From contig CALAML010000077.1 in the NCBI GenBank assembly GCA_937925845.1, positions 6,946 to 70,945 of the forward strand: a stretch of 64,000 nt of DNA, written 5' to 3'. The stretch's first letter is position 1; each line of letters starts with the position of its first letter. The notes beneath the pieces are model-generated. The model was not told where the DNA came from, made no database searches, and saw nothing but the letters and a program-made list of their open reading frames with translations. The position numbers and the translations under genes were made by a program. This document shows, piece after piece, positions 41,464-51,269 of this stretch. This DNA is from an uncultured Acidimicrobiales bacterium (GTDB taxonomy: Bacteria; Actinomycetota; Acidimicrobiia; Acidimicrobiales; CALAML01).

Positions 41464-42396
41464 ATGAGCCGGTTTCGCCACTTTCACGAGGGTGAGGCTC
41501 AGGTGCAGGCGTCGGCTGGTGTTGACACCGCGGCCTACGACCAGGCGGTAGACGAGGCGTTCCAGCCTGCGTTCAGCGCATCCGAGGTGGAATTTGTGGG
41601 TGACCGCACCTTTTCGGTTGCCGCTTCGATCGATGCCGATCGCCGACCGTGGGCTTCACCACTCGTTGGCCGATCCGGCGAGCTGTTCCGGGTCGTCGAC
41701 GAAACCAACGTGCGCATTGCGCCAAACCGGATCGACGGTGACCCGTTGTTCGACAACGTCGCCGCTACTGCCAAGATGGGGGTGTTGTACTTCGATCCGT
41801 CGCGTCGACGCCGAGCCAAGTCGCTCGGACGGGGCACCATAGAGAGCGACGGCACCATCAGCTACCAGATGCACCGCAACTTCGGCATCTGCCCCAAGTA
41901 CATCTTCAAGCGCGACCACGATGCGGAGACCCCAACCGATCAGCCTGGCGACCCTTCCCCCCGGGTCGCCAGCCAGCTTGGTGAGGCCGACCGCAGGCAA
42001 CTGACACAAACCGATACCGCCTTCCTGGCTAGTCACAGTGAGATGAATGGTGCTGATGCCACCCATCGAGGCGGACCAGCCGGGTTTGTCACCGTGGTGG
42101 ACAACACAACCCTCGAACTCCCCGACTACGCCGGCAACGGCATGTTCCAAACCCTGGGCAACCTGCTGCTCGACAATCGCATCGGGTTCCTCACCATCGA
42201 TTTCGAGTCGGGCCGGGTGGTCCAGGTGACCGGCCATGGCGAGACCGGGCCCGCTGATGCCGCCAACCCCTACTCCGAACGGACGCTGCGGATCGCCATC
42301 GATCAGGTCCGGTCCAGCTTTGCCAACGTCGGCATCTGGACCGAAGTCGAGGCCTTCACCATGAGACCAGGACTAGGACGCCCCGCCCTGCGCTAG
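41464..42396 (+). CDS. Pyridoxamine 5'-phosphate oxidase-like FMN-binding family protein
   Basis: Begins MSRFRHFHEGEAQVQASAGV, a typical N-terminus for this family. Two split-barrel-like halves. The track ORF starts 27 codons upstream. Confidence 0.55.
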   Translation: MSRFRHFHEGEAQVQASAGVDTAAYDQAVDEAFQPAFSASEVEFVGDRTFSVAASIDADRRPWASPLVGRSGELFRVVDETNVRIAPNRIDGDPLFDNVAATAKMGVLYFDPSRRRRAKSLGRGTIESDGTISYQMHRNFGICPKYIFKRDHDAETPTDQPGDPSPRVASQLGEADRRQLTQTDTAFLASHSEMNGADATHRGGPAGFVTVVDNTTLELPDYAGNGMFQTLGNLLLDNRIGFLTIDFESGRVVQVTGHGETGPADAANPYSERTLRIAIDQVRSSFANVGIWTEVEAFTMRPGLGRPALR

Positions 42397-42405
42397 GTTG
42401 CGACC

Positions 42406-43311
42406 ATGCGTATTGGAATCAATGGATCCGGACTGCTCGCCAACCCTCAGCTGGGGACAATAACCGCCGACATCGACTCGGCCGAGGCCGACGGCTTCAG
42501 TTCCTACTGGCTGGCCCAGACCGGCGGCGTGGATGCTCTGAGCGTCTTTGCTGCCCACGGCGAGTCCGGATCGGCCCTCGAGCTCGGCACCGCGGTGATC
42601 CCCACCTGGGTCACCCATCCCCAAGTGTTGGCGGGTCAAGCCCTTACCACTCAGGCCGCGGTAGGCGGCCGGTTGATTCTCGGCATCGGTTTGGCTCACG
42701 AGCCGTCGGTGACCGGCTATTGGAAGATGAAGTGGGAACGGCCCATCCGCCAGATGCTGGACTATCTCGACATCCTGCAGCCGCTCCTCACCGAGGGTCG
42801 GGTAAAGCACGAGGGCTACTTCTGGAGCTACGAGGGCGACATGCCCCGGTTGAGCGAGGATCCACCGAAGGTGATGATCGCCGCACTCGGCGAGCAGATG
42901 CTTCGGTTGGCTGGTTCTCGCACCGACGGAACCATTCTTTGGTGTGTCGGGCCAAAGACCATCGCCGAACACATCGCTCCCACCATGAACGCGGCCGCCG
43001 AGAAGGCCGGTCGGCCTCAACCGGCCATCGTGTGTTCAATCCCGGTCTGGGTTACCGACAATCCGAAGCCGGCTCGTGAGTTCCTCGCCGAGATCCTGTC
43101 GATCTATGCCGAGCTTCCCAGCTACCGCCGGGTGCTCGACATCGAGGGCCTCCATGGTCTGGGCGATCTTTCGTTGGTCGGCAGCGAAGACGAAGTGGCC
43201 GAGGGTCTGGCTGCCATTGCTGCCGCCGGTGCCAGTGATTTCACCGCGGTGCCGATGGGCGGAAACCCCGACGAGATCGCCGCCACTCGCGCCGCGCTGA
43301 TGCGGAACTAG
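42406..43311 (+). CDS. Luciferase-like monooxygenase (LLM) class, probably an F420-dependent oxidoreductase
   Basis: 301 aa with TIM-barrel LLM pattern (MRIGING...AEADGFSSYWLAQ...LGIGLAHEP...). Confidence 0.7.
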   Translation: MRIGINGSGLLANPQLGTITADIDSAEADGFSSYWLAQTGGVDALSVFAAHGESGSALELGTAVIPTWVTHPQVLAGQALTTQAAVGGRLILGIGLAHEPSVTGYWKMKWERPIRQMLDYLDILQPLLTEGRVKHEGYFWSYEGDMPRLSEDPPKVMIAALGEQMLRLAGSRTDGTILWCVGPKTIAEHIAPTMNAAAEKAGRPQPAIVCSIPVWVTDNPKPAREFLAEILSIYAELPSYRRVLDIEGLHGLGDLSLVGSEDEVAEGLAAIAAAGASDFTAVPMGGNPDEIAATRAALMRN

Positions 43312-43331
43312 CGGGCACCGGAGGAGGATCG

Positions 43332-43988
43332 ATGAACGCACCTCCAGTCGGCGGCGAGTCGATGAGGATTCGGGTCCTGGTAGCTGAGGCGGCAGAGAAG
43401 GCCGCCGAGCTGGTGGCTCGGCCCGAGGTGGCCCAAAAGTGGGAGGACCCGAGTTCACTCGAAGGCATGACCGTCGGCGCACTGGCCGCCCACCTGATTC
43501 GGGCCACTGGTGCAGTTATCGCCTATCTGGAGCGGAGCGATCCTGCCGGACAGAGCGGCGAGGTCCTCACGGCACCACAGTATTTTCGGGCTGCGTTGGA
43601 AGCGCCGATCCACGATCGGATCATCGAAGTAAGCACAGCCGAGTCGGAGCCGGGGCCCGCAGCCTTGGCCGACAAGGCCAGATCGGTGGCCCAAGCCATC
43701 GCTGGCCGGCTGCCGGAGGAGCCAGCCGACCGGTTGATCGAGGCCCTCGAGGGTCGACCGCTGCGGCTCGACGACTTTTGTCGAACCCGCCTGATTGAAA
43801 CCGTGATGCACACCGACGACCTCGCCTTCAGCGTCGGGGTGCCGATGCCCGAGATTCCCGGCGTGACCGCGGAGATCATCGACGTCTTGATGAACATCGC
43901 CCGCGAGCGGCACGGCGACTGGGCCGTCATCCATGCGCTCGGCCGCCGCGAGCGGATCGGTGATACCCCGGTGTTCCCGGTCTTCTAG
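43332..43988 (+). CDS. DinB-like / maleylpyruvate isomerase N-terminal domain protein (mycothiol-dependent enzyme family)
   Basis: N-terminal four-helix pattern with TVGALAAHLIRATG and a later MHTDDL. Family assignment is tentative. Confidence 0.45.
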   Translation: MNAPPVGGESMRIRVLVAEAAEKAAELVARPEVAQKWEDPSSLEGMTVGALAAHLIRATGAVIAYLERSDPAGQSGEVLTAPQYFRAALEAPIHDRIIEVSTAESEPGPAALADKARSVAQAIAGRLPEEPADRLIEALEGRPLRLDDFCRTRLIETVMHTDDLAFSVGVPMPEIPGVTAEIIDVLMNIARERHGDWAVIHALGRRERIGDTPVFPVF

Positions 43989-44023
43989 CTCGACTTCCAA
44001 ACTGTCGTTGGGTGGCCTCAGGG

Positions 44024-44656
44024 TTAGGGCTTGAGGCCGTCGAGGACAGCGCTGAGGGCCACGAGGTTGTCGCGGGCCGCAGCCTTTGGCTTTGGCGCAA
44101 CCGCCACGTGGTCGGCCGCCCGCCGCGCCGCGCCGTAAAGCACGGTACTGGTGGCATCAAGCGGCAGCGGTCGCAACTCCCCGACCTCCATCGCTTCGGC
44201 CAGCGTGGCCCGCAACAGGTGATACTCGCCCCCCTCAACCCATTCACCGGGAAATACCACCGAGGCCTCCACGAGGATGATCCGGGCAAACTCGCGATCG
44301 ACGGCCAGGTCGAGCAGAATCGTAAAGCCGGCCAGAATTCTCTCACGGGGCGACTGCACTGTGGCCAGGATGTGTTCGAATCCGTCGTGCAGCTGCTCGT
44401 CGACCACATCGACCACGGCCCGAAACAGGCCTCGCTTTCCCTCGGGAAAGTGGTGGTAGAGCGCCCCCTTGGCCATGTTGGCTTCCGCCAGGATGGCACT
44501 GACCGAGGTGCCGTCGTAGCCGTGTTCGGTGAACATGCGGCGGCCCACATCAACAAGCTTGGCGCGGGTGTTTGCCGCCTGTTCTTTCCTCGAGATCTTT
44601 GTCCCCTCGTCCGCAGCATCTGCGGAAGCGGTGGATGACACTGGCTTGGCGACCAC
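44024..44656 (-). CDS. TetR/AcrR-family transcriptional regulator
   Basis: N-terminal HTH (RAKLVDVGRRMFTEHGYDGTSVSAILAEANMAKGALYHHFP). Confidence 0.88.
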   Translation of the reverse strand: MVAKPVSSTASADAADEGTKISRKEQAANTRAKLVDVGRRMFTEHGYDGTSVSAILAEANMAKGALYHHFPEGKRGLFRAVVDVVDEQLHDGFEHILATVQSPRERILAGFTILLDLAVDREFARIILVEASVVFPGEWVEGGEYHLLRATLAEAMEVGELRPLPLDATSTVLYGAARRAADHVAVAPKPKAAARDNLVALSAVLDGLKP

Positions 44657-44747
44657 AGACCCTCCTCCGCTTCAGTCTGCCGCTACCTGACCGGTTCTGT
44701 GAAATATTCGGTTGACCGACCAACGGTCTGTGAATATGGTCGGTTGA

Positions 44748-45707
44748 GTGCTCACCGTTTCTGATCTCCGGTTCTCCTACCCCGCTCGCGATACCGGCGG
44801 CGATCCGGTCGTGGTTCTCAGCGGGGCCAACCTGCAGCTGCGGGCCGGGCTGGCCATCGGCTTGCTGGGGCCCAACGGTTCCGGTAAATCGACCATGCTG
44901 GGCGCTATCACCAACTCGATCTCCGGTGATCAGACCGGCACGATCGGTATCGGCGACGAAGCCGTCGGCCCGATCGGTTTTGCCACCCAAAACCCGGCGC
45001 TCTACCACCACCTGTCGGTGCGGGAGAACCTGGAACATGCGGCCCGCCTGGCAACGGGTCGGTGGCGGGTAGGCAACCTCGTCGAAACCGCGGTCGATGA
45101 GTACCAGCTGGCGCCGATACTGCCGGTAACCGCCAGGCACCTGTCGGGCGGCCAGACCCGTATCGCCCACCTCGCCTGTTCGTTTATCCATCAGCCGACG
45201 ATCCGGTTGCTCGACGAGCCCACCACCGCCCTCGACTTCGAGACCCGACAGCTTCTTGTGGAGTTGGTGCATGGCTGGCGCCGGGATGGCAAGGCCATCC
45301 TGGTGACCGCCCACTACCCGGAAGACATTGAGGAGCTGTGTAGCGAACTCGTGGTGCTGGTCGATGGCCGAACCCGCGCCCTCGGCTCGATCCAGGACCA
45401 CCTCGCCAGCCTCGGAACCACCGCCTCGGTCACCACCGCCTCCGCTCAACGCGACCTGGCCGTTTCCCCGCCGACCCTCAACGCCCTGGCTCACGCGGCG
45501 AGATCCGCCGGTCTCGCCTCCGATGAGCCGGTGCGCGAGCTACGCATGAGCCCGCCAACGCTCCGGGAGGTACTGCGACGGGATCCAACGTTGCGCAGCG
45601 CGGTCGCCGATGCCGAAAGTGGCGCGTCCGCCGATGGCCACCTCGAACTCGCCACCGCCATCGATCTGGATGAACGGCCCGACCGTTCGGATGGAGCACT
45701 CACATGA
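44748..45707 (+). CDS. ABC transporter ATP-binding protein
   Basis: Walker A GPNGSGKST, signature LSGGQ, Walker B IRLLDEP. Divergent from the TetR gene. Confidence 0.88.
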   Translation: MLTVSDLRFSYPARDTGGDPVVVLSGANLQLRAGLAIGLLGPNGSGKSTMLGAITNSISGDQTGTIGIGDEAVGPIGFATQNPALYHHLSVRENLEHAARLATGRWRVGNLVETAVDEYQLAPILPVTARHLSGGQTRIAHLACSFIHQPTIRLLDEPTTALDFETRQLLVELVHGWRRDGKAILVTAHYPEDIEELCSELVVLVDGRTRALGSIQDHLASLGTTASVTTASAQRDLAVSPPTLNALAHAARSAGLASDEPVRELRMSPPTLREVLRRDPTLRSAVADAESGASADGHLELATAIDLDERPDRSDGALT

Positions 45708-46471
45708 TCGCTATCTCCCGTAGCTTCGCCATGACTGAATACCGGGCTCTGCTGCGGTCGCCGATTTCCATGGTGTTCTTCTTCGGCCTCCCCGCAATCA
45801 TGAGCGCGATTCTCGGGCCGTCGGTCACCGGCTTGTCGGACGAGGCCGCTTCGGGACGGGCCACGGTGGGGTTTGCGGTGATGTTCGCCTTTATGTCGGT
45901 GAACTATGTCGGCCGGGCCATGTTTCGGGAGTACCACAACCACACGTGGCGTCGGACCGCCATCGTCGATCCGCCCCGGTGGTCGTACCTGCTCGGCAAG
46001 TGCTTCGCCGTTTTCACCATCAGCCTGGGTCAACTGTGCGTCTTTGCGGTGGTGGCGGTGGCCCTGCTGGATCTGCGGATCAACACTCCGAGCAAGATCC
46101 TCCAGATGCTGGTGATCTTCGTGTTACACGCCGCCACCGGGGTGGCCGTCGGGGCGGCCATGTTCACGTTGGTTCGTCGAGCCGAGGCCTTCTTCTCCCT
46201 CACCTATCTGGTGCTGATCGCCTTTGGCGCGCTCGGTGGAGCCATCGTGGCTACCGACGAGCTGCCGGGTTGGTCGGGGGCTATGGGTGTGGCCACTCCT
46301 CATTTCTGGTCGATGCGGGCGCTGGATGAACTCAACAGCCCCGCTGCTGGTGGCTCCACGTGGTCCACCACGCTGGTAAGCGGGGCCGCACTGCTCGGCA
46401 TCGCCGTGGTGCTGTTCGGCTTTGCCGCCTGGAAGCTCGACTATCGCATCCTCAAACATGCCGACGACTGA
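45704..46471 (+). CDS. ABC-2 type transporter permease
   Basis: 255 aa with 6 predicted TM helices. Start overlaps the ATPase stop by 4 nt. Confidence 0.75.
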   Translation: MIAISRSFAMTEYRALLRSPISMVFFFGLPAIMSAILGPSVTGLSDEAASGRATVGFAVMFAFMSVNYVGRAMFREYHNHTWRRTAIVDPPRWSYLLGKCFAVFTISLGQLCVFAVVAVALLDLRINTPSKILQMLVIFVLHAATGVAVGAAMFTLVRRAEAFFSLTYLVLIAFGALGGAIVATDELPGWSGAMGVATPHFWSMRALDELNSPAAGGSTWSTTLVSGAALLGIAVVLFGFAAWKLDYRILKHADD

Positions 46472-46486
46472 GTCGGCTCGGCGCTG

Positions 46487-46984
46487 ATGACCTGGGGGAC
46501 CGTGGCCGTGAGCACGGCCGACTGGCTTCTGCTCACGCGATGGACGGCACGTTTGGGTCTCCCGCTGTTCCTCATCTTCTTTGTGACCCGTCGAACCTCG
46601 CCCTGGCTTCTTGCCTTCGCCGTCACCCATACGCTGCATCTCGGAGCGCTCGCCTTGTACTTGACGTTCTCCGACGAGAGCCGGGGCCCGCTCACGGTCG
46701 CGGTGGGTGGTCTGGGCTACGCCGCGCTGTATGTGCTGGCGTTGAACCCCGGTCGAGCCCGCCAACTCGGCGTCGATCGAATCGGACCTTGGCTGATCTT
46801 TGCCATCTTCTGCTCCAGCTACGTCGGCCGGCTGCTGAGTACCGATCGCCGAATGGTCGGGGCCTATGGCGTTGTCCTTCTGATCTTGGCTGCGGCGGCT
46901 CGAGCAGTGACGCTTATGAGCACCAGACGTGGAGTGCCAGATGGCCAGAACTCCACGGGTCAGAAACCGCTGAGCCAGTTGTAG
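46487..46984 (+). CDS. Hypothetical integral membrane protein
   Basis: 165 aa with 4-5 hydrophobic helices, immediately downstream of the ABC-2 permease. Confidence 0.5.
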   Translation: MTWGTVAVSTADWLLLTRWTARLGLPLFLIFFVTRRTSPWLLAFAVTHTLHLGALALYLTFSDESRGPLTVAVGGLGYAALYVLALNPGRARQLGVDRIGPWLIFAIFCSSYVGRLLSTDRRMVGAYGVVLLILAAAARAVTLMSTRRGVPDGQNSTGQKPLSQL

Positions 46985-47098
46985 CCAGAGAAATTCTGGC
47001 ATCTGTCGGCCCCCCGACAGACGGATCGAGCGAGACGCCTCAGGATGTCGTTATCGGATCAACAACACGGTTGATCCCCCAGGGAAGGGACAACAACC

Positions 47099-47614
47099 AT
47101 GGCTACCAACACCACCTCACGACCCAAGCTCCGCACCAAGACTCTTTCGCTGCTGCTGGCGTTTCTCACTGCGCTCGCCTCGCTCGGCATGCTCACCTCA
47201 ACCACCCAGGCCGCCGACGCCGCTCCCGGCGACTTCCAGTACATCCCCAGCTACAACTGGTGGGACCGCGCCGACTTCGATTGGACATGGATTCTCAACG
47301 AGGCGCCGGAGTTCAACGACTATCTCGTTTGCTTCAACGGCCACATCTACGCCGACTTCGTCGACCCCGACGGTGAAGACAACGAAATGACCGTCGAGCT
47401 GAAGGTCCACCGTGGCAGCCTCACCTACACCTACATGATGGACATGTCCGACGGCTACCACGGCGTGTTCTGGTGGAAGAACATGGCCCTCACCCACAGC
47501 ACTCCGCCGCACCTGATCGACAGCATCTCGCTGCGGGCCCAGGATGCCAACGGAGCGTGGTCCGAGACCATCACCAGCAACTACGACCACACCAACTGGG
47601 ATCAGTGCGCCTGA
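47099..47614 (+). CDS. Small secreted protein of unknown function (paralogue of 52520-53038)
   Basis: Signal peptide ending AADAAPG. Two conserved Cys. Alignable by eye with the 52520 gene product. Confidence 0.65.
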   Translation: MATNTTSRPKLRTKTLSLLLAFLTALASLGMLTSTTQAADAAPGDFQYIPSYNWWDRADFDWTWILNEAPEFNDYLVCFNGHIYADFVDPDGEDNEMTVELKVHRGSLTYTYMMDMSDGYHGVFWWKNMALTHSTPPHLIDSISLRAQDANGAWSETITSNYDHTNWDQCA

Positions 47615-47691
47615 GCCAGCCGGGATAACCCTTCCCACCCGGCCTGAGGTCATCTCTCAGTCACCACAATCCAAACCAAGCCCCAAGTTGG

Positions 47692-47735
47692 CCACGGTGT
47701 CCGGATCCCCTCCAGGACACCGTGGTCGGCTTTTT
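47692..47735 (+). terminator. Rho-independent terminator
   Basis: CCACGGTGTCC (12-nt loop) GGACACCGTGG followed by TCGGCTTTTT. Confidence 0.75.
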
Positions 47736-47786
47736 GGTTGGCGTCGGTGGTTGGTGTCAGTGGTTGGTGTCAGTGGTTGGTGCGAG
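47735..47786. repeat. About four tandem copies of a 13-nt unit (TGGTTGGTGTCAG)
   Basis: Read directly. Two perfect central units are flanked by degenerate ones, immediately after the terminator. Confidence 0.7.
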
Positions 47787-47876
47787 AGTCCAACATTGGC
47801 CCGGCATCGGAATGGTGGGCAGGGAGCGGGGGTTTCGGGGCAGACTGATGGCCACCGCACTCACTGGAGAGATCTG

Positions 47877-48335
47877 ATGTCTGACTCCCGCCCACCGTTT
47901 CCGCCCTTTGATGAAGCCGCGGCGTGGAAGAAGGTGTTGGGCGCCGAGGCGGCCTGGAACACCCGTGACCCGGAGAAGGTTGCCGGGGCCTACTCGCTCG
48001 ACAGCGAGTGGCGAAACCGGCATGTGTTCCTGAAGGGCCGGGATCAGATTCAGGCCTTTCTGACCCAGAAGTGGGCCCGAGAACTCGACTATGCGCTGCG
48101 TAAGGATCTCTGGGCTTTCCAGGGGAACCGCATCGCGGTGCGGTTTCAGTATGAGTCGCTCGACGAGAACGGTCAGTGGTGGCGTTCCTATGGCAACGAG
48201 AACTGGGAGTTCGACGATCAGGGCCTGATGCGCCGTCGCGAAGCCTCGATCAACGATGTGGCCATCACCGAGTCAGAGAAGCGACTCTTCGGCCCGCGTG
48301 AAGAAGGCGACACCAGCGGAATCCCCCTGCAGTAG
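47877..48335 (+). CDS. DUF1348 (SnoaL/NTF2-like fold) family protein
   Basis: 152 aa from [20 protein letters not shown]. Contains [37 protein letters not shown]...RIAVRFQYE...[27 protein letters not shown], which matches the DUF1348 pattern. Confidence 0.78.
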   Translation: MSDSRPPFPPFDEAAAWKKVLGAEAAWNTRDPEKVAGAYSLDSEWRNRHVFLKGRDQIQAFLTQKWARELDYALRKDLWAFQGNRIAVRFQYESLDENGQWWRSYGNENWEFDDQGLMRRREASINDVAITESEKRLFGPREEGDTSGIPLQ

Positions 48336-48404
48336 TAGGCAGCGGTGCCGCAACAACGACCCCTCGGCTTGATCCGAGGGCGTCTGCCGTGGCGATAATG
48401 CAGG

Positions 48405-49637
48405 GTGGGCCTGATCGAAAACCTCCGAAGCACCGTCCGGTTTCAGGAGCTCACGCTCGACCCGGTGGCGCGTCGTCTCGACCGCGTCGCCAATATCGAG
48501 GACCTGCGTCGGATCGCCAAACGCCGATTGCCGGGCGGCGTATTCGACTACATCGACGGAGGGGCGGAAGACGAGCGGGCGCTGGCTCGAAGCGTCGAAG
48601 CCTTCAACGAGTTCGATTTCCGACCTCGGATCCTTCGTGATGTCTCCCAGGTCGACACTTCGGTTGATCTGTTTGGTCGATCGCTGCCGGTGCCGTTGGT
48701 GTTGAGCCCCACCGGTTTCACCCGGATCGCCGATTCTCAGGGCGAGCTGGCCGTGGCCCAGGCCGCGGCTCGGGCCGGACTCCCCTATTCGCTGTCCACG
48801 CTGGGCACCCGCTCGATCGAGGAGGTGGCCGCTGTTTCCGATGGCCGGCTCTGGTTCCAGGTGTATGTGTGGAAGGACCGGGGTTTGGTGCGCGAGATGG
48901 TGGAGCGGGCTGCCGATTCCGGCTACGAGGCCATCTGCATCACCGTCGACCTGGCGACTCTCGGCAAGCGGGAGCGCGATGTTCGCCGGGGTTTCACCCT
49001 GCCGCCCAAAATCGGTCCGGGCACCATCATCGATGGTCTGGTGCATCCCGGGTGGACCGCCGACTTCGTTCGGGCCGATCCGATCCTCTTTGCCAATGTC
49101 TCGTCTCGGGCCGACGGCTCGGATGGTTCGGCTGATGGGACCGAGGCCGTGGCTCTGGCCCAGTTCACCGAGGAACAACTCGACCCCAGCCTGTCGTGGG
49201 ATGACGTCGAGTGGTTTCGTTCGATCTGGGATGGCCCGATTTTGATCAAGGGTGTTCAGGACGTCGACGATGCCCGGATCGCGTCGGACTTGTCGATCGA
49301 TGCCATTGCGCTGTCGAACCATGGCGGCCGTCAGCTCGATTCGAGCCCGGCTCCGTTCGACCTGATCCCACGGGTTCGTGAGGCCATCGGCGACGACATG
49401 GCCCTGTTGTGTGACGGCGGAATCCGTCGTGGTGCCGACGTGGTTAAGGCGGTGGCCATGGGCGCCACTGCGGCCATGACCGGCCGGGCCTACCTTTACG
49501 GTCTGGGCGCCGGCGGCGAACGGGGTGTCGATAAGGCCCTCGACATTCTTGCCGCCGAGGTCCGTCGGGCCATGATTCTTATCGGCGCCACCACCACCGA
49601 TGAGCTCAACCCCAACTGTCTCCAGCCCGCTCCCTAG
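48405..49637 (+). CDS. FMN-dependent alpha-hydroxy acid oxidase/dehydrogenase (L-lactate dehydrogenase/glycolate oxidase family)
   Basis: 410 aa with motifs FDYIDGGAEDE, LWFQVYVWKDR, SNHGGRQLD, DGGIRRGADVVKA. Confidence 0.88.
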   Translation: MGLIENLRSTVRFQELTLDPVARRLDRVANIEDLRRIAKRRLPGGVFDYIDGGAEDERALARSVEAFNEFDFRPRILRDVSQVDTSVDLFGRSLPVPLVLSPTGFTRIADSQGELAVAQAAARAGLPYSLSTLGTRSIEEVAAVSDGRLWFQVYVWKDRGLVREMVERAADSGYEAICITVDLATLGKRERDVRRGFTLPPKIGPGTIIDGLVHPGWTADFVRADPILFANVSSRADGSDGSADGTEAVALAQFTEEQLDPSLSWDDVEWFRSIWDGPILIKGVQDVDDARIASDLSIDAIALSNHGGRQLDSSPAPFDLIPRVREAIGDDMALLCDGGIRRGADVVKAVAMGATAAMTGRAYLYGLGAGGERGVDKALDILAAEVRRAMILIGATTTDELNPNCLQPAP

Positions 49638-49744
49638 TGTCCCGGACTCCGATCGTTGAACGGAGACGAGGTTCCCGCTTTCGAGTGAGGGCGCTCACCC
49701 CGTCGGGGGAAGACCGGACAGTCCCAGCCCCGTAGAGTTGAACC

Positions 49745-50203
49745 ATGGCTGCTTTACCTCCTCGACCGATCATTCGTCTGGCCTGGAAGGCCCACAAGGC
49801 CCTGGTTGGGGTAAGCGGTGGCCGGTTTGGCTACCGGAGTGCGAGCGAGGACCAGGAGGGCCTGGCCGAACTCATCACCATCGGCCGAAAGTCCGGTGAG
49901 CGCCGGGCCGTCATGATCGCTTTCTTCGAAGACGGCGATGATTTCGTGACCATGGCGATGAACGGCTGGGACAAAGCCGATCCCGCTTGGTGGCTCAACC
50001 TCCAGGCCAACCCGGAGGCGGAGTTGGCACTGTCGGCGGACCGCACAGTAAAGGTGACGGGCCGAGCCGCCGCCGAGGGTAAGGAGCACGACCGCCTGTG
50101 GGAGAACTGGCGCCGCCTCGATCACTCCGTCGACAAGTTCGCCGATCGCCGCACCAACGGCACCCCGGTAGTAATCCTGTCGCCGGTCGAATCCAAGGCC
50201 TGA
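49745..50203 (+). CDS. Deazaflavin (F420)-dependent nitroreductase family (DDN-like) oxidoreductase
   Basis: 152 aa with TIGRKSGERRAVMIAFFEDGDDFVTMAMNGWDKADPAWWLNLQANPEAEL, typical of the family. Confidence 0.8.
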   Translation: MAALPPRPIIRLAWKAHKALVGVSGGRFGYRSASEDQEGLAELITIGRKSGERRAVMIAFFEDGDDFVTMAMNGWDKADPAWWLNLQANPEAELALSADRTVKVTGRAAAEGKEHDRLWENWRRLDHSVDKFADRRTNGTPVVILSPVESKA

Positions 50204-50326
50204 GGGCTCGGACGGTCTCGATCGGGCCAGGCTCGCCGAACCCGCACTCTGCAAAGGCGGCTCTGCTTTGGATCCGGCCCGTGTCAGGAGCTCGCACGCC
50301 GTTGTGCAGTTCGCGATACTTCGCTT

Positions 50327-51226
50327 ATGAGCTCCACTGCTGAGACCCTGTCCGCCCAAAGCCCGATCGCTCGAATGGGCGTTGTTGGCGCCGGCCAGAT
50401 GGGGTCCGGCATCGCTGAGGTTGGGGCCAAAGCCGGCATCGACGTGATCATCGTTGAGGCCAGCGAAGCTGCGGCCACCGCCGGACGAGCCAGAATCGAG
50501 AAATCGCTCGGGCGAGCGGTAAAGGCCGACAAGCTTGCCGCTTCGGAGGAAGCGGCGATTCTTGATCGGCTCACCTTCAGCTCCGATCTCGCGGCGCTGG
50601 CCGATCGAGAGTTGGTGGTCGAGGCCATCATCGAGGACGAAGAGGCCAAAACCGACCTGTTTCGTCGCCTCGATGAGATCGTCACCGACCCGGAATCCAT
50701 CCTGGCGTCCAACACATCATCGATTCCCATCATGAAGCTGGCCATGGCCACCGGGCGGCCCGAGAACGTGATCGGCATCCACTTCTTCAACCCGGTGCCG
50801 GTGCTGCACCTGGTCGAGCTGGTTACTTCGCTCTACACCTCCGAGGAGACGCAGTCTCGGGCTGATGCCTTCTCAGCCGGCCAGCTGGGCAAGCGGGTCA
50901 TCCTGTCGAAGGACCGGGCCGGGTTTATCGTGAACGCGCTCCTGATCCCCTACATCCTCTCTGCGGTGCGCATGTTCGAATCCGGGTTCGCCTCCAAAGA
51001 GGACATCGACCAGGGCATGGTCACGGGCTGTGCCCACCCGATGGGTCCGCTGGCTCTGGCCGATCTGATCGGACTCGACACCACCAAGGCGGTGGCCGAA
51101 TCCCTCTACGAAGAGTTCAAGGAGCAGCTGTACGCTCCGCCGCCGCTGCTGGCCCGTATGTGTGAAGCTGGTCTTCTCGGCCGCAAGAGCGGCCGGGGCT
51201 TCTACGACTACGAGCGCAAGGGGTAG
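50327..51226 (+). CDS. 3-hydroxybutyryl-CoA / 3-hydroxyacyl-CoA dehydrogenase
   Basis: Rossmann VGAGQMGSGIA, NTSSIPI, HFFNPVPVLHLVE, C-terminal GRKSGRGFYDY. Confidence 0.9.
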   Translation: MSSTAETLSAQSPIARMGVVGAGQMGSGIAEVGAKAGIDVIIVEASEAAATAGRARIEKSLGRAVKADKLAASEEAAILDRLTFSSDLAALADRELVVEAIIEDEEAKTDLFRRLDEIVTDPESILASNTSSIPIMKLAMATGRPENVIGIHFFNPVPVLHLVELVTSLYTSEETQSRADAFSAGQLGKRVILSKDRAGFIVNALLIPYILSAVRMFESGFASKEDIDQGMVTGCAHPMGPLALADLIGLDTTKAVAESLYEEFKEQLYAPPPLLARMCEAGLLGRKSGRGFYDYERKG

Positions 51227-51269
51227 TCGGAACCATGGGTTGCAGCGCGACCAGCGCCGTGAGCTTGGT

